A stretch of DNA of 64,000 bases from an uncultured Mediterraneibacter sp. (GTDB lineage: Bacteria > Bacillota > Clostridia > Lachnospirales > Lachnospiraceae), in assembly GCA_944381495.1 (NCBI GenBank), contig CALWLJ010000008.1:57842-121841 (forward strand), read 5' to 3'. The notes beneath the pieces were generated by a model. The model searched no databases. It was not told the DNA's origin and was given only the letters and a program-made list of their open reading frames with translations. Shown here one piece after another: positions 36,830 through 47,455 of this stretch (positions are counted from its first letter, which is position 1; each line of letters starts with the position of its first letter). The position numbers and the translations under genes are program-made.

Positions 36830-37942
36830 ATGGATAAAATCATTGGCACTAATCTTGGAAACTGGCTTGTGCTGGAGAAATGGATGTCTCCGTTTATCTT
36901 CGATGGGACGGATGCGGAGGATGAAGTGTGGCTGGCAAGGCTGCTTCCCCATGATGAGCTGGAAAGACGGATGAAGAAACACAGAGATACATATGTGACA
37001 GAGGAGGATTTCGCAGTTCTCTCTTCCCATGGGATCAATCTGGTGCGGATTCCGGTACCATACTTTATCTTCGGCGACCGGCCGCCTTTCATAGGCTGTG
37101 TGGAGTACCTGGACAAAGCCTTCCGGTGGGCAGGAAAATACGGCATAAAGGTGCTCATCGACCTGCACACTGTTCCCGGCAGTCAGAACGGGTATGACAA
37201 CGGAGGGATTACAGGCGTGTGCAAATGGTGCAAAAATAAAGATGAGGTACAGTTTGTACTGACGGTTCTGGAGCGGCTGGCAAAACGTTATGCAAAGGAT
37301 CCGGCGCTTTATGGCATCGAGGTGCTGAATGAACCGATCAGCTTCAGCGTCTACATGACTGCGCCTTCCACCGGAAAGGCACGTGACAAAGAGGAGGCAA
37401 AGGGGTCCGGATATGTGTCCATGTCTTTTCTGAAGAACTTTTATGAGAAAGCATATCTGGTGCTCCGCAGGCATCTGAGCGAGGAGAAGGTCATCGTCTT
37501 CCACGATGGGTTCCGCCTTGGCCGCTGGGGGAATTTCTTCCGGAAAAAAGGAATGAAGAATGTGATGTTGGACACCCACATCTATATTTTCGCCATGGAG
37601 AATTTTGTTCCCTTCCATGCAAAATGGGTCTATCAGCTGTACATGGCGTTTAACGCATGGCAGCTGAGGAGGGCAAGCCGCCATATTCCTGTGGTGGTAG
37701 GCGAGTGGTGCATTGCCAACAGGAAAGCTCAGAAGCTGGCGGACGATCCGGCGAAGCAGGAAGAGTGCCGGAAAATCTTCCGGGAAATCGCAGACATGCA
37801 GCTGAAGGTCTGGAACCAGACAGCAGGACATATTTACTGGAACTATCAGCTATTCCGGGATAAGAAGAAGCCTTTTGACGAATCATGGAAAAATGGATGG
37901 GATCTGAGCAGGTGCTGGCTCAATGACTGGATCTCATTCTGA
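36830..37942 (+). CDS. Glycoside hydrolase family 5 (exo-beta-glucanase-like)
   Basis: GTNLGNWLVLEKW, DLHTVPGSQNG, catalytic LNEP and VGEW. Confidence 0.9.
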   Translation: MDKIIGTNLGNWLVLEKWMSPFIFDGTDAEDEVWLARLLPHDELERRMKKHRDTYVTEEDFAVLSSHGINLVRIPVPYFIFGDRPPFIGCVEYLDKAFRWAGKYGIKVLIDLHTVPGSQNGYDNGGITGVCKWCKNKDEVQFVLTVLERLAKRYAKDPALYGIEVLNEPISFSVYMTAPSTGKARDKEEAKGSGYVSMSFLKNFYEKAYLVLRRHLSEEKVIVFHDGFRLGRWGNFFRKKGMKNVMLDTHIYIFAMENFVPFHAKWVYQLYMAFNAWQLRRASRHIPVVVGEWCIANRKAQKLADDPAKQEECRKIFREIADMQLKVWNQTAGHIYWNYQLFRDKKKPFDESWKNGWDLSRCWLNDWISF

Positions 37943-38140
37943 CCACTCTGCAGCTGATGCTCATGATCCTGATCATCCCGGCCAGGCAGAAAGGCGGATA
38001 GTGGGATAAAGAGATTGAGAAAATTATCACAAATCAGTAGGCAAGAATGATTGCCGTTTCAGGACAAACATGGTATATTATTTATAGTGTTGTAATTTTT
38101 ACACAAAAAAATAACAAAGAAAGTAGTAGGAGTGGTAAAA

Positions 38141-39823
38141 ATGTATCAGGAAGAGTATAAGCGCTGGCTTGCCGCAGATCTGGAGGATGCAGATCTGAAT
38201 CCGGAACTTGCCAGAATTGAAGGAAATGATGATGAGATCAAGGACCGATTTGCTGTCGCGCTGAAGTTTGGAACCGCAGGACTGCGCGGAGTACTGGGAG
38301 CAGGAACAAACCGCATGAACATCTATGTTGTGCGCCAGGCGACTCAGGGACTTGCAAACTGGGTGAAGACACAGGGCGGCACACAGACTGTTGCCATCAG
38401 TTATGACAGCCGTCTGAAGAGTGATGTATTTGCAAAGAACGCAGCAGGTGTTCTGGCTGCCAACGGGATCAAAGTAAGGATCTATGACGCTCTGATGCCC
38501 GTACCGGCTCTTTCATTTGCAACACGCTACTATAACTGCAACGCAGGTATCATGGTGACAGCTTCACACAATCCGGCCAAGTATAACGGATATAAGGCTT
38601 ACGGACCGGACGGATGCCAGATGACAGATGATGCGGCTGCAATTGTTTACGATGAGATCCAGAAGACAGATGTTCTGACAGGGGCAAAATACATGTCCTT
38701 TGCAGAGGGCGTTGAGGAAGGTCTGATCCGCTTTGTAGGAGATGACTGTAAGAGAGCTCTTTATGACGCCATCGAGTCCAGACAGGTTCGTCCGGGTCTG
38801 TGCAAGACTGCCGGCCTGAAGCTGGTTTACAGCCCGCTGAACGGATCAGGACTGGTACCCGTTACACAGGTGCTTAAAGACATTGGAATTACTGATATTA
38901 CCATCGTTCCGGATCAGGAGTATCCGAACGGCTACTTTACTACATGCAGCTACCCCAATCCTGAGATCTTTGCAGCTCTTGAACTGGGACTGAACCTGGC
39001 AAAAGAGACGGGCGCGGATCTGATGCTCGCAACAGACCCGGATGCAGACCGTGTCGGTATTGCCATGAAGTGTCCGGACGGTTCCTATGAGCTGGTAAGC
39101 GGAAATGAAGTAGGCGTGCTGCTTCTCGACTATATCTGTGCAGGACGTATCGAGAAAGGTACGATGCCGGAGAAGGCTGTAGCTGTGAAGTCTATTGTTT
39201 CAACTCCTCTTGCGGACGCCGTGGCAGAGCACTACGGAGTAGAGCTCAGAAGCGTTCTTACCGGGTTCAAATGGATCGGCGATCAGATCGCGCAGCTGGA
39301 GGCAGCAGGAGAGGTTGATCGTTTCATCTTCGGATTCGAGGAGAGCTACGGATATCTGGCAGGACCTTATGTACGTGACAAAGATGCGGTTATCGGATCC
39401 ATGCTGATCTGCGAGATGGCTGCATACTACAGAAGCATCGGCAGTTCTCTGAAGCAGAGACTGGAGGAGATCTACGCACAGTACGGCCGTTACCTGAACA
39501 AGGTTGACAGCTTCGAGTTCCCGGGACTGAGCGGAATGGACAAGATGGCAGGGATCATGCAGAATCTGCGTGAGAACCCGCTGACAGAGATCGCCGGATA
39601 CAAGGTAGACTCTGTGACAGACTATACCAAACCGGAGGAGACAGGACTTCCGTCAGCGAATGTTCTGATCTACAAGCTGGAGAATAAGGAGACTGTTATC
39701 GTTCGTCCGTCCGGAACAGAGCCGAAGATCAAGATCTACTACACGACTCTTGGAAAAGACCTGGACGAGGCACAGGCAGAGAAAGACAAGCTGGCTGAGG
39801 CCATGAAACCGATCATGGAGTAG
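38141..39823 (+). CDS. Phosphoglucomutase/phosphomannomutase
   Basis: FGTAGLRG, TASHNP, DPDADR, FEESYG and RPSGTEPK. Confidence 0.95.
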   Translation: MYQEEYKRWLAADLEDADLNPELARIEGNDDEIKDRFAVALKFGTAGLRGVLGAGTNRMNIYVVRQATQGLANWVKTQGGTQTVAISYDSRLKSDVFAKNAAGVLAANGIKVRIYDALMPVPALSFATRYYNCNAGIMVTASHNPAKYNGYKAYGPDGCQMTDDAAAIVYDEIQKTDVLTGAKYMSFAEGVEEGLIRFVGDDCKRALYDAIESRQVRPGLCKTAGLKLVYSPLNGSGLVPVTQVLKDIGITDITIVPDQEYPNGYFTTCSYPNPEIFAALELGLNLAKETGADLMLATDPDADRVGIAMKCPDGSYELVSGNEVGVLLLDYICAGRIEKGTMPEKAVAVKSIVSTPLADAVAEHYGVELRSVLTGFKWIGDQIAQLEAAGEVDRFIFGFEESYGYLAGPYVRDKDAVIGSMLICEMAAYYRSIGSSLKQRLEEIYAQYGRYLNKVDSFEFPGLSGMDKMAGIMQNLRENPLTEIAGYKVDSVTDYTKPEETGLPSANVLIYKLENKETVIVRPSGTEPKIKIYYTTLGKDLDEAQAEKDKLAEAMKPIME

Positions 39824-39883
39824 TGAGAAAAGCACAGACAGGCAAAGGTCAGCTGTTGTTTGATTTAAGTCAAAAGGAATAGA

Positions 39884-39933
39884 AGAGAATAGCTGTTGGA
39901 TCGTGATTGATCTGACAGCTATTCTTTGTTTTT
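39884..39933 (+). terminator. Terminator after the phosphoglucomutase
   Basis: AGAATAGCTGTTGGATC / GATCTGACAGCTATTCT (two G-U pairs) followed by a T-rich tail. Confidence 0.7.
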
Positions 39934-40116
39934 GCGGCTGTTTCAGCCAGAGCAGAAGCAAAGAAGCGATATATATAGTTTGCGCCCTCCAGACTGCAGT
40001 TTACGCTGAAAACGGCTGCGCTCTCCGCATTTATGATATCATCATATGACAGATGGAGTGCAAAAGCACATTCGAAGCAGGATAGATTCCTGCTTCAGGA
40101 AATGGAGGATAGTCAG

Positions 40117-42453
40117 TTGAGGATTGATTTTTGCGACGGATGGACATGCTGCCGGGCTGATGGAACAGATCGGAAATATCCGGTGAGGATTCCTCATGAT
40201 GCCATGCTTTCGGAAGATAGAATGTATGACAGCAGAGGCGGAAAGAATATCGGATGGTATGAGGGCGGAGACTATATTTATGAAAAGGACTTCCAGGTGC
40301 CGGAGCTGTATGAGGATCAGACTGTGATCCTGGAGTTCGAGGGCGTTTACCATGATGGTGATGTCTTACTTAACGGTATGGATATGGGAAACACAGGATA
40401 CGGATACAACGGATGTTTTGTCTGTCTGGACGGAGCGCTGAGAGAAGGAGAAAACAGGCTGAGAGTGACGGTCCGCAACAGTGATCAGCCGAATAGCAGG
40501 TGGTATACCGGAACCGGCATTTACAGGCCGGTCATCATGCATATCCTTCCGAAGGACCATTTCCTTATGGAAAGCATACGCATCACTACTCTGGACTGGA
40601 AAAAGAAAAAACTGCATATCAGCGGGGAACTGAGCGGACCTGGAGAGGCTGAATTTTCTGTTTGGGATGGGGAAGCGTGCCTGTTCCGGGGAAAGGCGTC
40701 CGGCACGGGCCGGGTGGAGTTGAGTACAGAGCTGGCAGGTGCGGAGCTGTGGAGCTGTGAATGCCCGAAGCTGTACAAGCTCCGAGCGGTCTTCGGCCAG
40801 GACGTGCAGGAGATCCCCTTTGGAATTCGGCAGATTACGGTGAACAGCAGAGACGGATTCTGCATCAACGGGGAACGGGTGATCTTGAGAGGAGCCTGTG
40901 TCCATCATGACAACGGGATCCTCGGCGCATGCGCGTATGCTGATGCGGAGGCCAGAAAGGTGCGTCTTCTGAAACATGCGGGGTACAATGCATTAAGAAG
41001 CGCTCACAATCCATGCTCAAAGGCCATGATGGATGCCTGCGACCGGGAAGGCGTGCTGATCATGGATGAATACGTGGACGTCTGGTATATTCATAAAACC
41101 ATGTATGATTACGCTGGCAAGGTGGAGACGAATTATGAGAAGGACTTGAAGGCGCTTGTGGCAAAGGATTACAATCATCCCTCTGTGGTCATGTATTCTC
41201 TGGGAAATGAAGTGGCGGAGACAAGCGAGGAGAAGGGAGTCCGTCTGTGTGGAGATATGCGGGACTATCTGCACAGTATTGACGGGACACGGCCGGTGAC
41301 ATGTGGAGTCAATCTGTTTTTCAATTTCCTTTACTCCATGGGATTCGGTGTGTATTCTGATGAGAAGGCAGAGAAAGAGCCGGAGAAGGAAGTGGGAAGT
41401 GCATTTTATAATAAGCTGGCGACTATTATGGGGGATTCCTTTATGAAGTTCGGCGCGTGGCTTCCCTTTTCTGACTGGAAAACGAAGGATGCTTACGCAA
41501 ATATGGACATCGCCGGATATAATTACGGAATCTGGAGGTATAAGAAAGATGTGAAAAAGCATCCGGAGCGTGTGATACTGGGCTCGGAGACGTTCTGTGC
41601 CGATGCGGCGCTCTTCTGGGATCTTGCGAACAAATACCCGGCTGTTGTCGGTGATTTTGTATGGCCGGGGATTACTTATCACGGAGAAGTGCCTTACCAG
41701 GGATGGAAGACAGAGAACGGAAAGAAGGTTTTCCAGGAGAGCCCTGCCTGGGCGGCAGCAGGCAGCGGCCGTCTGGATATGAACGGCAGGGAGTGGTCCG
41801 AGGCGGATTACACGAAAGTAGTCTTCGGGAAGACGCCTGTCGCCATTGGCGTGATTCCTTTGAATCTGGCGGATGAGAAGTTTGATATCGGGGCATGGGA
41901 TCTGACATGTGCTCTGGGCAGCTGGTCGTGGAACGGATGTGAAGGGAAGAGGACAAAGGTTGAAATCTATTCACGATCTCACAGTGCCGAACTGTTTCTG
42001 AATGGACGAAGTCTTGGGAAAAAGAAACTGAGGAATTGCCGGTGCGTGTTCAAAGTGACATATGAACCAGGTATACTGGAGGCTGCATCTTATGCAGAGG
42101 ACGGTACGGAAACAGCCAGGACAAGGCTTGTTACTGCCGGAGAAGAGACCCGGCTGTCTGTAGTTCCGGAAGAGGGAACAAAAGAACTGTATTTCGTAAA
42201 TCTGAGATATACAGATGGGAATGGGATCCTCAAACCGCTGGTACAGGGGGAGATATCTGTGCGAACAGAAGGCGGGGAACTGCTGGCGCTGGGAAGCGCC
42301 CGTCCCCTGAATTCCAGGAGCTATCTCACGGATACTACAGATACATACTACGGAGAAGCCATGGCTGTGATCCGTCCACATGGAGCGGTGAAGCTGCATG
42401 TGGAAAGCCCTTTTGGCGAGCAGGACCTGGTGCTGGATCGAATCAGAGAGTGA
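40117..42453 (+). CDS. Glycoside hydrolase family 2 (beta-galactosidase-like)
   Basis: RWYTGTGIYR, GACVHHD, RSAHNP, SLGNEV and GSETF. The start is set at TTG 40117 by GGAGG at 8-nt spacing. Confidence 0.92.
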   Translation: MRIDFCDGWTCCRADGTDRKYPVRIPHDAMLSEDRMYDSRGGKNIGWYEGGDYIYEKDFQVPELYEDQTVILEFEGVYHDGDVLLNGMDMGNTGYGYNGCFVCLDGALREGENRLRVTVRNSDQPNSRWYTGTGIYRPVIMHILPKDHFLMESIRITTLDWKKKKLHISGELSGPGEAEFSVWDGEACLFRGKASGTGRVELSTELAGAELWSCECPKLYKLRAVFGQDVQEIPFGIRQITVNSRDGFCINGERVILRGACVHHDNGILGACAYADAEARKVRLLKHAGYNALRSAHNPCSKAMMDACDREGVLIMDEYVDVWYIHKTMYDYAGKVETNYEKDLKALVAKDYNHPSVVMYSLGNEVAETSEEKGVRLCGDMRDYLHSIDGTRPVTCGVNLFFNFLYSMGFGVYSDEKAEKEPEKEVGSAFYNKLATIMGDSFMKFGAWLPFSDWKTKDAYANMDIAGYNYGIWRYKKDVKKHPERVILGSETFCADAALFWDLANKYPAVVGDFVWPGITYHGEVPYQGWKTENGKKVFQESPAWAAAGSGRLDMNGREWSEADYTKVVFGKTPVAIGVIPLNLADEKFDIGAWDLTCALGSWSWNGCEGKRTKVEIYSRSHSAELFLNGRSLGKKKLRNCRCVFKVTYEPGILEAASYAEDGTETARTRLVTAGEETRLSVVPEEGTKELYFVNLRYTDGNGILKPLVQGEISVRTEGGELLALGSARPLNSRSYLTDTTDTYYGEAMAVIRPHGAVKLHVESPFGEQDLVLDRIRE

Positions 42454-42773
42454 GTGATCAACAGACTATTTTAAAGAAATATCATTTGTTAAAATTCAAT
42501 CAAAAAGCGACATGTCTTTTGTTTTTGTTTTAGTACAATCCGGGAGCGTCTGCTGGTACAGGGCGGGAAATCGTCCTTCCGCAGACGCTTCTGACATTTT
42601 CAGGAAGAATCTAAGCCGGCATGCCCTTGGAAAATTATTGAAGCAGGAGTGGCGGCCAGAGTTAAGAAAATAACGATTGTTGACTTTTTGTTTTTTCGTG
42701 GCAAACTAAATATTAGATGGTTTACGGACACAAATTGATATAAATCATAGGATAATGCAGGAGGTTATGAAAA

Positions 42774-44006
42774 ATGGGGTCACATGCGATCGATGAAGCA
42801 AAGAGATGTCTGAACTGTAAGAAACCGAGATGCCGGGAAGGGTGTCCGATCCATACTCCGATCCCGGCAATGATCCAGATGTTTCTTGCGGGGCAGATGA
42901 CAGAGGCAGCAGAGATGGTTTTCGCAAACAATCCTCTTTCTGTGATCTGTTCTCTGGTATGTGATCATGGGAAACAGTGTGAAGGTCATTGTGTGAAGGG
43001 AATAAAAGGAGAACCGGTCCATATTTCGTCTATTGAAAATTACATTTCCGATACTTGTTTCGACAAGATGAAACTGGAAAGGAAGCCGTGGAACGGCGGG
43101 CGTATCGGTGTGGTAGGCGCAGGTCCGGCGGGAATCACTATCGCGATCCTGATGGCATGCAGAGGTTACAAGGTGACGATATTTGAGGTGCGTGAGAAAA
43201 TAGGCGGTATTCTCCGCTACGGCATTCCGGAGTTCCGACTGCCCAAATCCATTCTGGACCGGTATTATAAGAAGATGCGTGAGCTGGGGATTCTGTTCCG
43301 TCCGAATTTTGCGCTGGGAGGATCTACGGCGGTGCATGATCTTCTTGCAGATGGCTATGATGCGGTATTCATCGGGACCGGAACATGGAGGCCCTATAAG
43401 CTGAACATTCCGGGGGAGACTTTTGGAAATGTCCACTATGGTATCAATTATCTGAATAATCCGGATGTTTTTGAACTGGGGGATAAAGTAATCGTGATCG
43501 GCGCAGGAAACGCGGCAATGGATGTAGCAAGGACTGCAGTCAGAAAAGGCTCCCGTTATGTGACAGTATATTCCATTACAGCGACCCCGGCGGCATCGCC
43601 AAAAGAAGTAGAGTATGCAAAGATTGACGGCGTGGAGTTTGAATATCTTCAGACGGCAATTGAAATCAAGGACGAGGGCGCTGTGATCTGTGATGTGGAA
43701 TGGACGGAAGACGGAAAGATGATCAAGCATGAAGAGACGGCTCATCTTGTTCCGGCGGATACCATTATTATTTCTATTTCTCAGGGACCTCAGGACCGGC
43801 TGGTCAACCGGGACAAAGAGCTTCAGGTAGACAGCAGGGGACTGCTGAAGACAGATGAAAAGGGTGAGACAACCATGGAAGGCATTTTTGCCTCAGGAGA
43901 TGTGGTGACCGGCGCCAAGACCGTGGTTGAGGCGGTGAAATATTCCCGTATGATCGCGGATGCCATGGATGAATATGTCAGGAGCAAAAAACAGTTGAAA
44001 GACTGA
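42774..44006 (+). CDS. GltD/NfnB-like NAD(P)/FAD-dependent Fe-S oxidoreductase
   Basis: RCLNCKKPRCREGCP, GAGPAG, GAGNAAMD and SGDVVTG; no gltB neighbour. Confidence 0.88.
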   Translation: MGSHAIDEAKRCLNCKKPRCREGCPIHTPIPAMIQMFLAGQMTEAAEMVFANNPLSVICSLVCDHGKQCEGHCVKGIKGEPVHISSIENYISDTCFDKMKLERKPWNGGRIGVVGAGPAGITIAILMACRGYKVTIFEVREKIGGILRYGIPEFRLPKSILDRYYKKMRELGILFRPNFALGGSTAVHDLLADGYDAVFIGTGTWRPYKLNIPGETFGNVHYGINYLNNPDVFELGDKVIVIGAGNAAMDVARTAVRKGSRYVTVYSITATPAASPKEVEYAKIDGVEFEYLQTAIEIKDEGAVICDVEWTEDGKMIKHEETAHLVPADTIIISISQGPQDRLVNRDKELQVDSRGLLKTDEKGETTMEGIFASGDVVTGAKTVVEAVKYSRMIADAMDEYVRSKKQLKD

Positions 44007-44076
44007 CGCCGGTATTGTACAGATCTGCCTGCCGGTGATAGAATACAGTTATAATACGGCGGGAGGTAGACATTTT

Positions 44077-45102
44077 ATGACGATCAAAGAGATCGCTCAG
44101 ATGGCTGGAGTTTCCAGCGCGGCAGTATCAAGATATTTAAACGGCGGATATGTCAGTGATGAAAAGAAGGAGCAGATAAAAAAGGTGATCGATGCCACCG
44201 GTTATCAGCCCTCTGCCCAGGCGAGGATGCTGCGTACAAAACGGGCCTGCCTGGTAGGTGTGGTTGTCCCCAAGATCAACTCGGAATCTATCAGCCGGGT
44301 GACAGCGGGCATTGAACAGGTGCTTTCATCCAGGGGGTATCAGATGCTTCTTGCAAGCACGGACAATGATCCCCATAAGGAGATATCCTATCTGAAACTT
44401 TTTGAAAGTTATCCGGTGGACGGCATCATCCTGACTGGTACAGTAATTACTGGCGAACACAGGAAATTCCTGAAGGAGTCCAAGGTCCCTGTAGTGGTGG
44501 TAGGACAGTATACGAAGTACGCCAACTGTATTTACCATGACGATTACGGCGCGGGGAAGGCCATGGGAAAAGTGGCTGCGGCTCTGGTAAAAGAGGACGG
44601 TCATGTGGCCTATATTGGAGTGACCAGGGACGATAAGGCAGTCGGAGTTGCCAGAGAAGACGGATTCCGTGCCGGTCTGAAGTCCGCAGGAGCAGAACTG
44701 GCAGAAGGATATGTGAGAAAATCAGAGTTTACGATGGATTCCGGTTATCGGGCGGCGCTGGATCTGCTGGAGAAGGAAAGGGATGTGTCGGTTATTTCCT
44801 GCGCTACGGATACAATAGCAGCAGGAGCTATCGAGGCTATCCTTGCCTACAGGAAAGCACAGATTCCTTCTGTTTCTGGTAACTCAGGAACAAGGATGCA
44901 GTACATCCTGGAGAATTCGGATATCCGAGTCACCGGATTTGGAGATAATCAGTTTCTGAAAGCAGTGACCGGAGGAATTCCTACCGTTCATTTTGGGTAC
45001 AAGACCAGCGGGATCCGGGGAGCGGAGCTGCTCCTGGATGTGATCGAGCGGGGCGAGCAGATCCCGATTGAAATGAAGCTCGGTTTTCAGCTGGTGGAGT
45101 AA
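44077..45102 (+). CDS. scrR: LacI-family repressor of the sucrose locus
   Basis: MTIKEIAQMAGVSSAAVSRYLN HTH; directly upstream of the PTS and GH32 genes. Confidence 0.85.
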   Translation: MTIKEIAQMAGVSSAAVSRYLNGGYVSDEKKEQIKKVIDATGYQPSAQARMLRTKRACLVGVVVPKINSESISRVTAGIEQVLSSRGYQMLLASTDNDPHKEISYLKLFESYPVDGIILTGTVITGEHRKFLKESKVPVVVVGQYTKYANCIYHDDYGAGKAMGKVAAALVKEDGHVAYIGVTRDDKAVGVAREDGFRAGLKSAGAELAEGYVRKSEFTMDSGYRAALDLLEKERDVSVISCATDTIAAGAIEAILAYRKAQIPSVSGNSGTRMQYILENSDIRVTGFGDNQFLKAVTGGIPTVHFGYKTSGIRGAELLLDVIERGEQIPIEMKLGFQLVE

Positions 45103-45261
45103 GTCGGAAAATAGCATAACAGCAGCTTGTATTTATCAAGGTGTTGGATTTTATAAGCAATATAAGGTATGAATCAATCTTTTCTTCGGTTTCCGGAAAT
45201 GGAACACCGGAGAAATTTTTTTATGGAAAGACTATGAAAACAAAAGAGATCCCTTATTATG

Positions 45262-45398
45262 TGATAACGATATCATATAATATAAATAGGCTTATGCACA
45301 TTTCACAAAATTAAAAAGTTAAAATTAGTAAAAATTTAGCCTTTACAAATCTTTTTGACAGAGATATTATTTATACATAAAATATGAAATCGATTACA
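45262..45398 (+). promoter_or_regulatory. scrA promoter with LacI/cre-type operators
   Basis: TTGACA(45355)-17 bp-TAAAAT(45378); palindromes TGATAACGATATCA (45262-45275) and TGAAATCGATTACA (45385-45398). Confidence 0.7.
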
Positions 45399-45425
45399 GA
45401 TTTTATAAAAGGAAGGAGAGTTAAT

Positions 45426-47363
45426 ATGGATTACAGAAAGACCGCTCAGGAAATTCTGGACAAAGTCGGCGGAAGCAAGAACATCGTTTCCGCTGCGCAC
45501 TGCGCTACCAGGCTCCGGCTTGTCATTGCCGATAACAGCAAGGCAGACAAGGCGGCTATCGAGAATGTGGAAGGGGTGAAAGGTGTATTTGAAGCATCGG
45601 GACAGCTCCAGATCATTCTCGGAACAGGTACTGTAAATAAAGTATTTGACGAGTTTATCGCTATTGCAGGGATCACTGCAAGCTCGAAGGCAGAGGCAAA
45701 GGAAGCTGCCGCACAGAAGCAGAATGTATTCATGCGGGCGATCAAACTGCTGGGCGATATTTTCGTGCCGATCATTCCGGCCATTGTTGCCAGCGGTTTC
45801 CTTATGGGTATTATGAATTCCCTGGATTTCATGATCAATAACGGATTCCTTAATATGGATACCAGCAGTTCTATCTATGTATTTGCCAATCTGTTCAGCA
45901 ATACGGCATATACATTTCTGCAGATCCTGATCGCATTCTCCGCGGCGAAGGCGTTCGGAGCCAACCCTTATCTGGGTGCGGTAATCGGTATGATCATGAT
46001 CAACCCTTCACTGCAGAACGCATACACGGTTGCAACCGAAGGCGTGCAGCAGACACAGTCAGTATTCTTCGGACTGTATGATATCGATATGGTAGGTTAT
46101 CAGGGACATGTGATCCCGGTTGTTATTGCAGTCTGGCTCCTGTCCGTGATCGAGAAGAAGCTGCACAAGGTAGTACCAGAGGTACTGGATCTGTTTGTGA
46201 CGCCTCTTGTCAGCGTATTTGTAACCGGTTATCTTACGCTTGCCATTATTGGACCGATCTTTGTATGGGCTGAGAACGCTGTCCTTGACGGTATCCAGTG
46301 GCTGCTGACCCTTCCGCTGGGACTTGGAAGTCTTGTCATGGGAGCCCTCTACGCGCCCACAGTTGTCACCGGTATCCATCAGATGTATACTGCCATTGAT
46401 ATCGGACAGATTGCTCAGTACGGCGTTACATACTGGCTGCCGCTGGCAAGTGCGGCAAATATCGCGCAGGGAGCAGCTGCGCTTGCGGTAGCGCTGAAGT
46501 CAAGAGACAAGAAGATCAAATCTCTGGCTCTTCCGTCATCTTTGAGTGCATTCATGGGAATCACAGAGCCTGCCATCTTCGGTGTGAACCTGAGATTCTT
46601 CAAGCCGTTCATTGCAGGATGTATCGGTGGAGGATGCGGCGCTCTGTATGCTTCCATCGTGCATCTGGGAGCAAAGGGAACCGGCGTGACAGGTATCTTC
46701 GGCATCCTGCTCTGTCTGGATTCACCGGTACAGTATCTGATCGAGATGCTGATTGCTGTGGGAGTGGCATTTGTGATCTCATTTATCCTTTATAAAGATC
46801 AGAAGCCAGAGACACAGGCAGCAGGGAGTGTACCCGCCGGGACAGCGGCATCAGAGGACGCTGCTGACAGAAAGGAAGAGGCGGCACAGATTTCATCAGA
46901 AGAGGTAAAGGAAGAGACTCTTGGAAGTCCGGTTAACGGCAAAGTTGTTCCATTGTCTCAGGTAAGCGACCAGACATTTGCATCTGAGATGCTCGGAACG
47001 ACTGTGGCGGTAGAACCTGCAGATGGAAAAATCGTGGCTCCATGTGACGGAGAGGTGATCAACATTTTTGATACAGGCCATGCAGTATGTATGACTACGA
47101 AGGCAGGCGGAGAACTTCTGATCCATGTAGGCGTAGATACTGTAAAGCTGGAAGGAAAAGGATTTACCAAAAAGGTATCTGACGGGGCTTCCGTAAAGGC
47201 GGGAGACGTGCTCATCGAGGCAGATCTGGATACGATACGGGCAGCAGGATATCCGGCAACCACCATGTTCATCCTGACGAATCCGGATCAGTTCGGAAAT
47301 GTGGAGAAAGTAGGGCCCGGCGATGTAAGTGAAGGCAGCCCGATCATGAAACTTGAGAAATAA
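45426..47363 (+). CDS. scrA: PTS EIIBCA, sucrose/beta-glucoside family
   Basis: EIIB HCATRLR, EIIC GITEPAIFG and EIIA IHVGVDTV. Confidence 0.9.
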   Translation: MDYRKTAQEILDKVGGSKNIVSAAHCATRLRLVIADNSKADKAAIENVEGVKGVFEASGQLQIILGTGTVNKVFDEFIAIAGITASSKAEAKEAAAQKQNVFMRAIKLLGDIFVPIIPAIVASGFLMGIMNSLDFMINNGFLNMDTSSSIYVFANLFSNTAYTFLQILIAFSAAKAFGANPYLGAVIGMIMINPSLQNAYTVATEGVQQTQSVFFGLYDIDMVGYQGHVIPVVIAVWLLSVIEKKLHKVVPEVLDLFVTPLVSVFVTGYLTLAIIGPIFVWAENAVLDGIQWLLTLPLGLGSLVMGALYAPTVVTGIHQMYTAIDIGQIAQYGVTYWLPLASAANIAQGAAALAVALKSRDKKIKSLALPSSLSAFMGITEPAIFGVNLRFFKPFIAGCIGGGCGALYASIVHLGAKGTGVTGIFGILLCLDSPVQYLIEMLIAVGVAFVISFILYKDQKPETQAAGSVPAGTAASEDAADRKEEAAQISSEEVKEETLGSPVNGKVVPLSQVSDQTFASEMLGTTVAVEPADGKIVAPCDGEVINIFDTGHAVCMTTKAGGELLIHVGVDTVKLEGKGFTKKVSDGASVKAGDVLIEADLDTIRAAGYPATTMFILTNPDQFGNVEKVGPGDVSEGSPIMKLEK

Positions 47364-47455
47364 GGCGTAACAGGTAAGCAAAAGCCTTCCGCAGAGACAT
47401 AAGATAAAATGCCGCGCGGAAGGCTTTCATAAAATAGAATGACAGGAGGCACATT

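Noticed and set aside
42774-44006. Glutamate synthase operon
   Set aside because: No large subunit gltB is adjacent; stand-alone GltD-like proteins are common in Clostridia.
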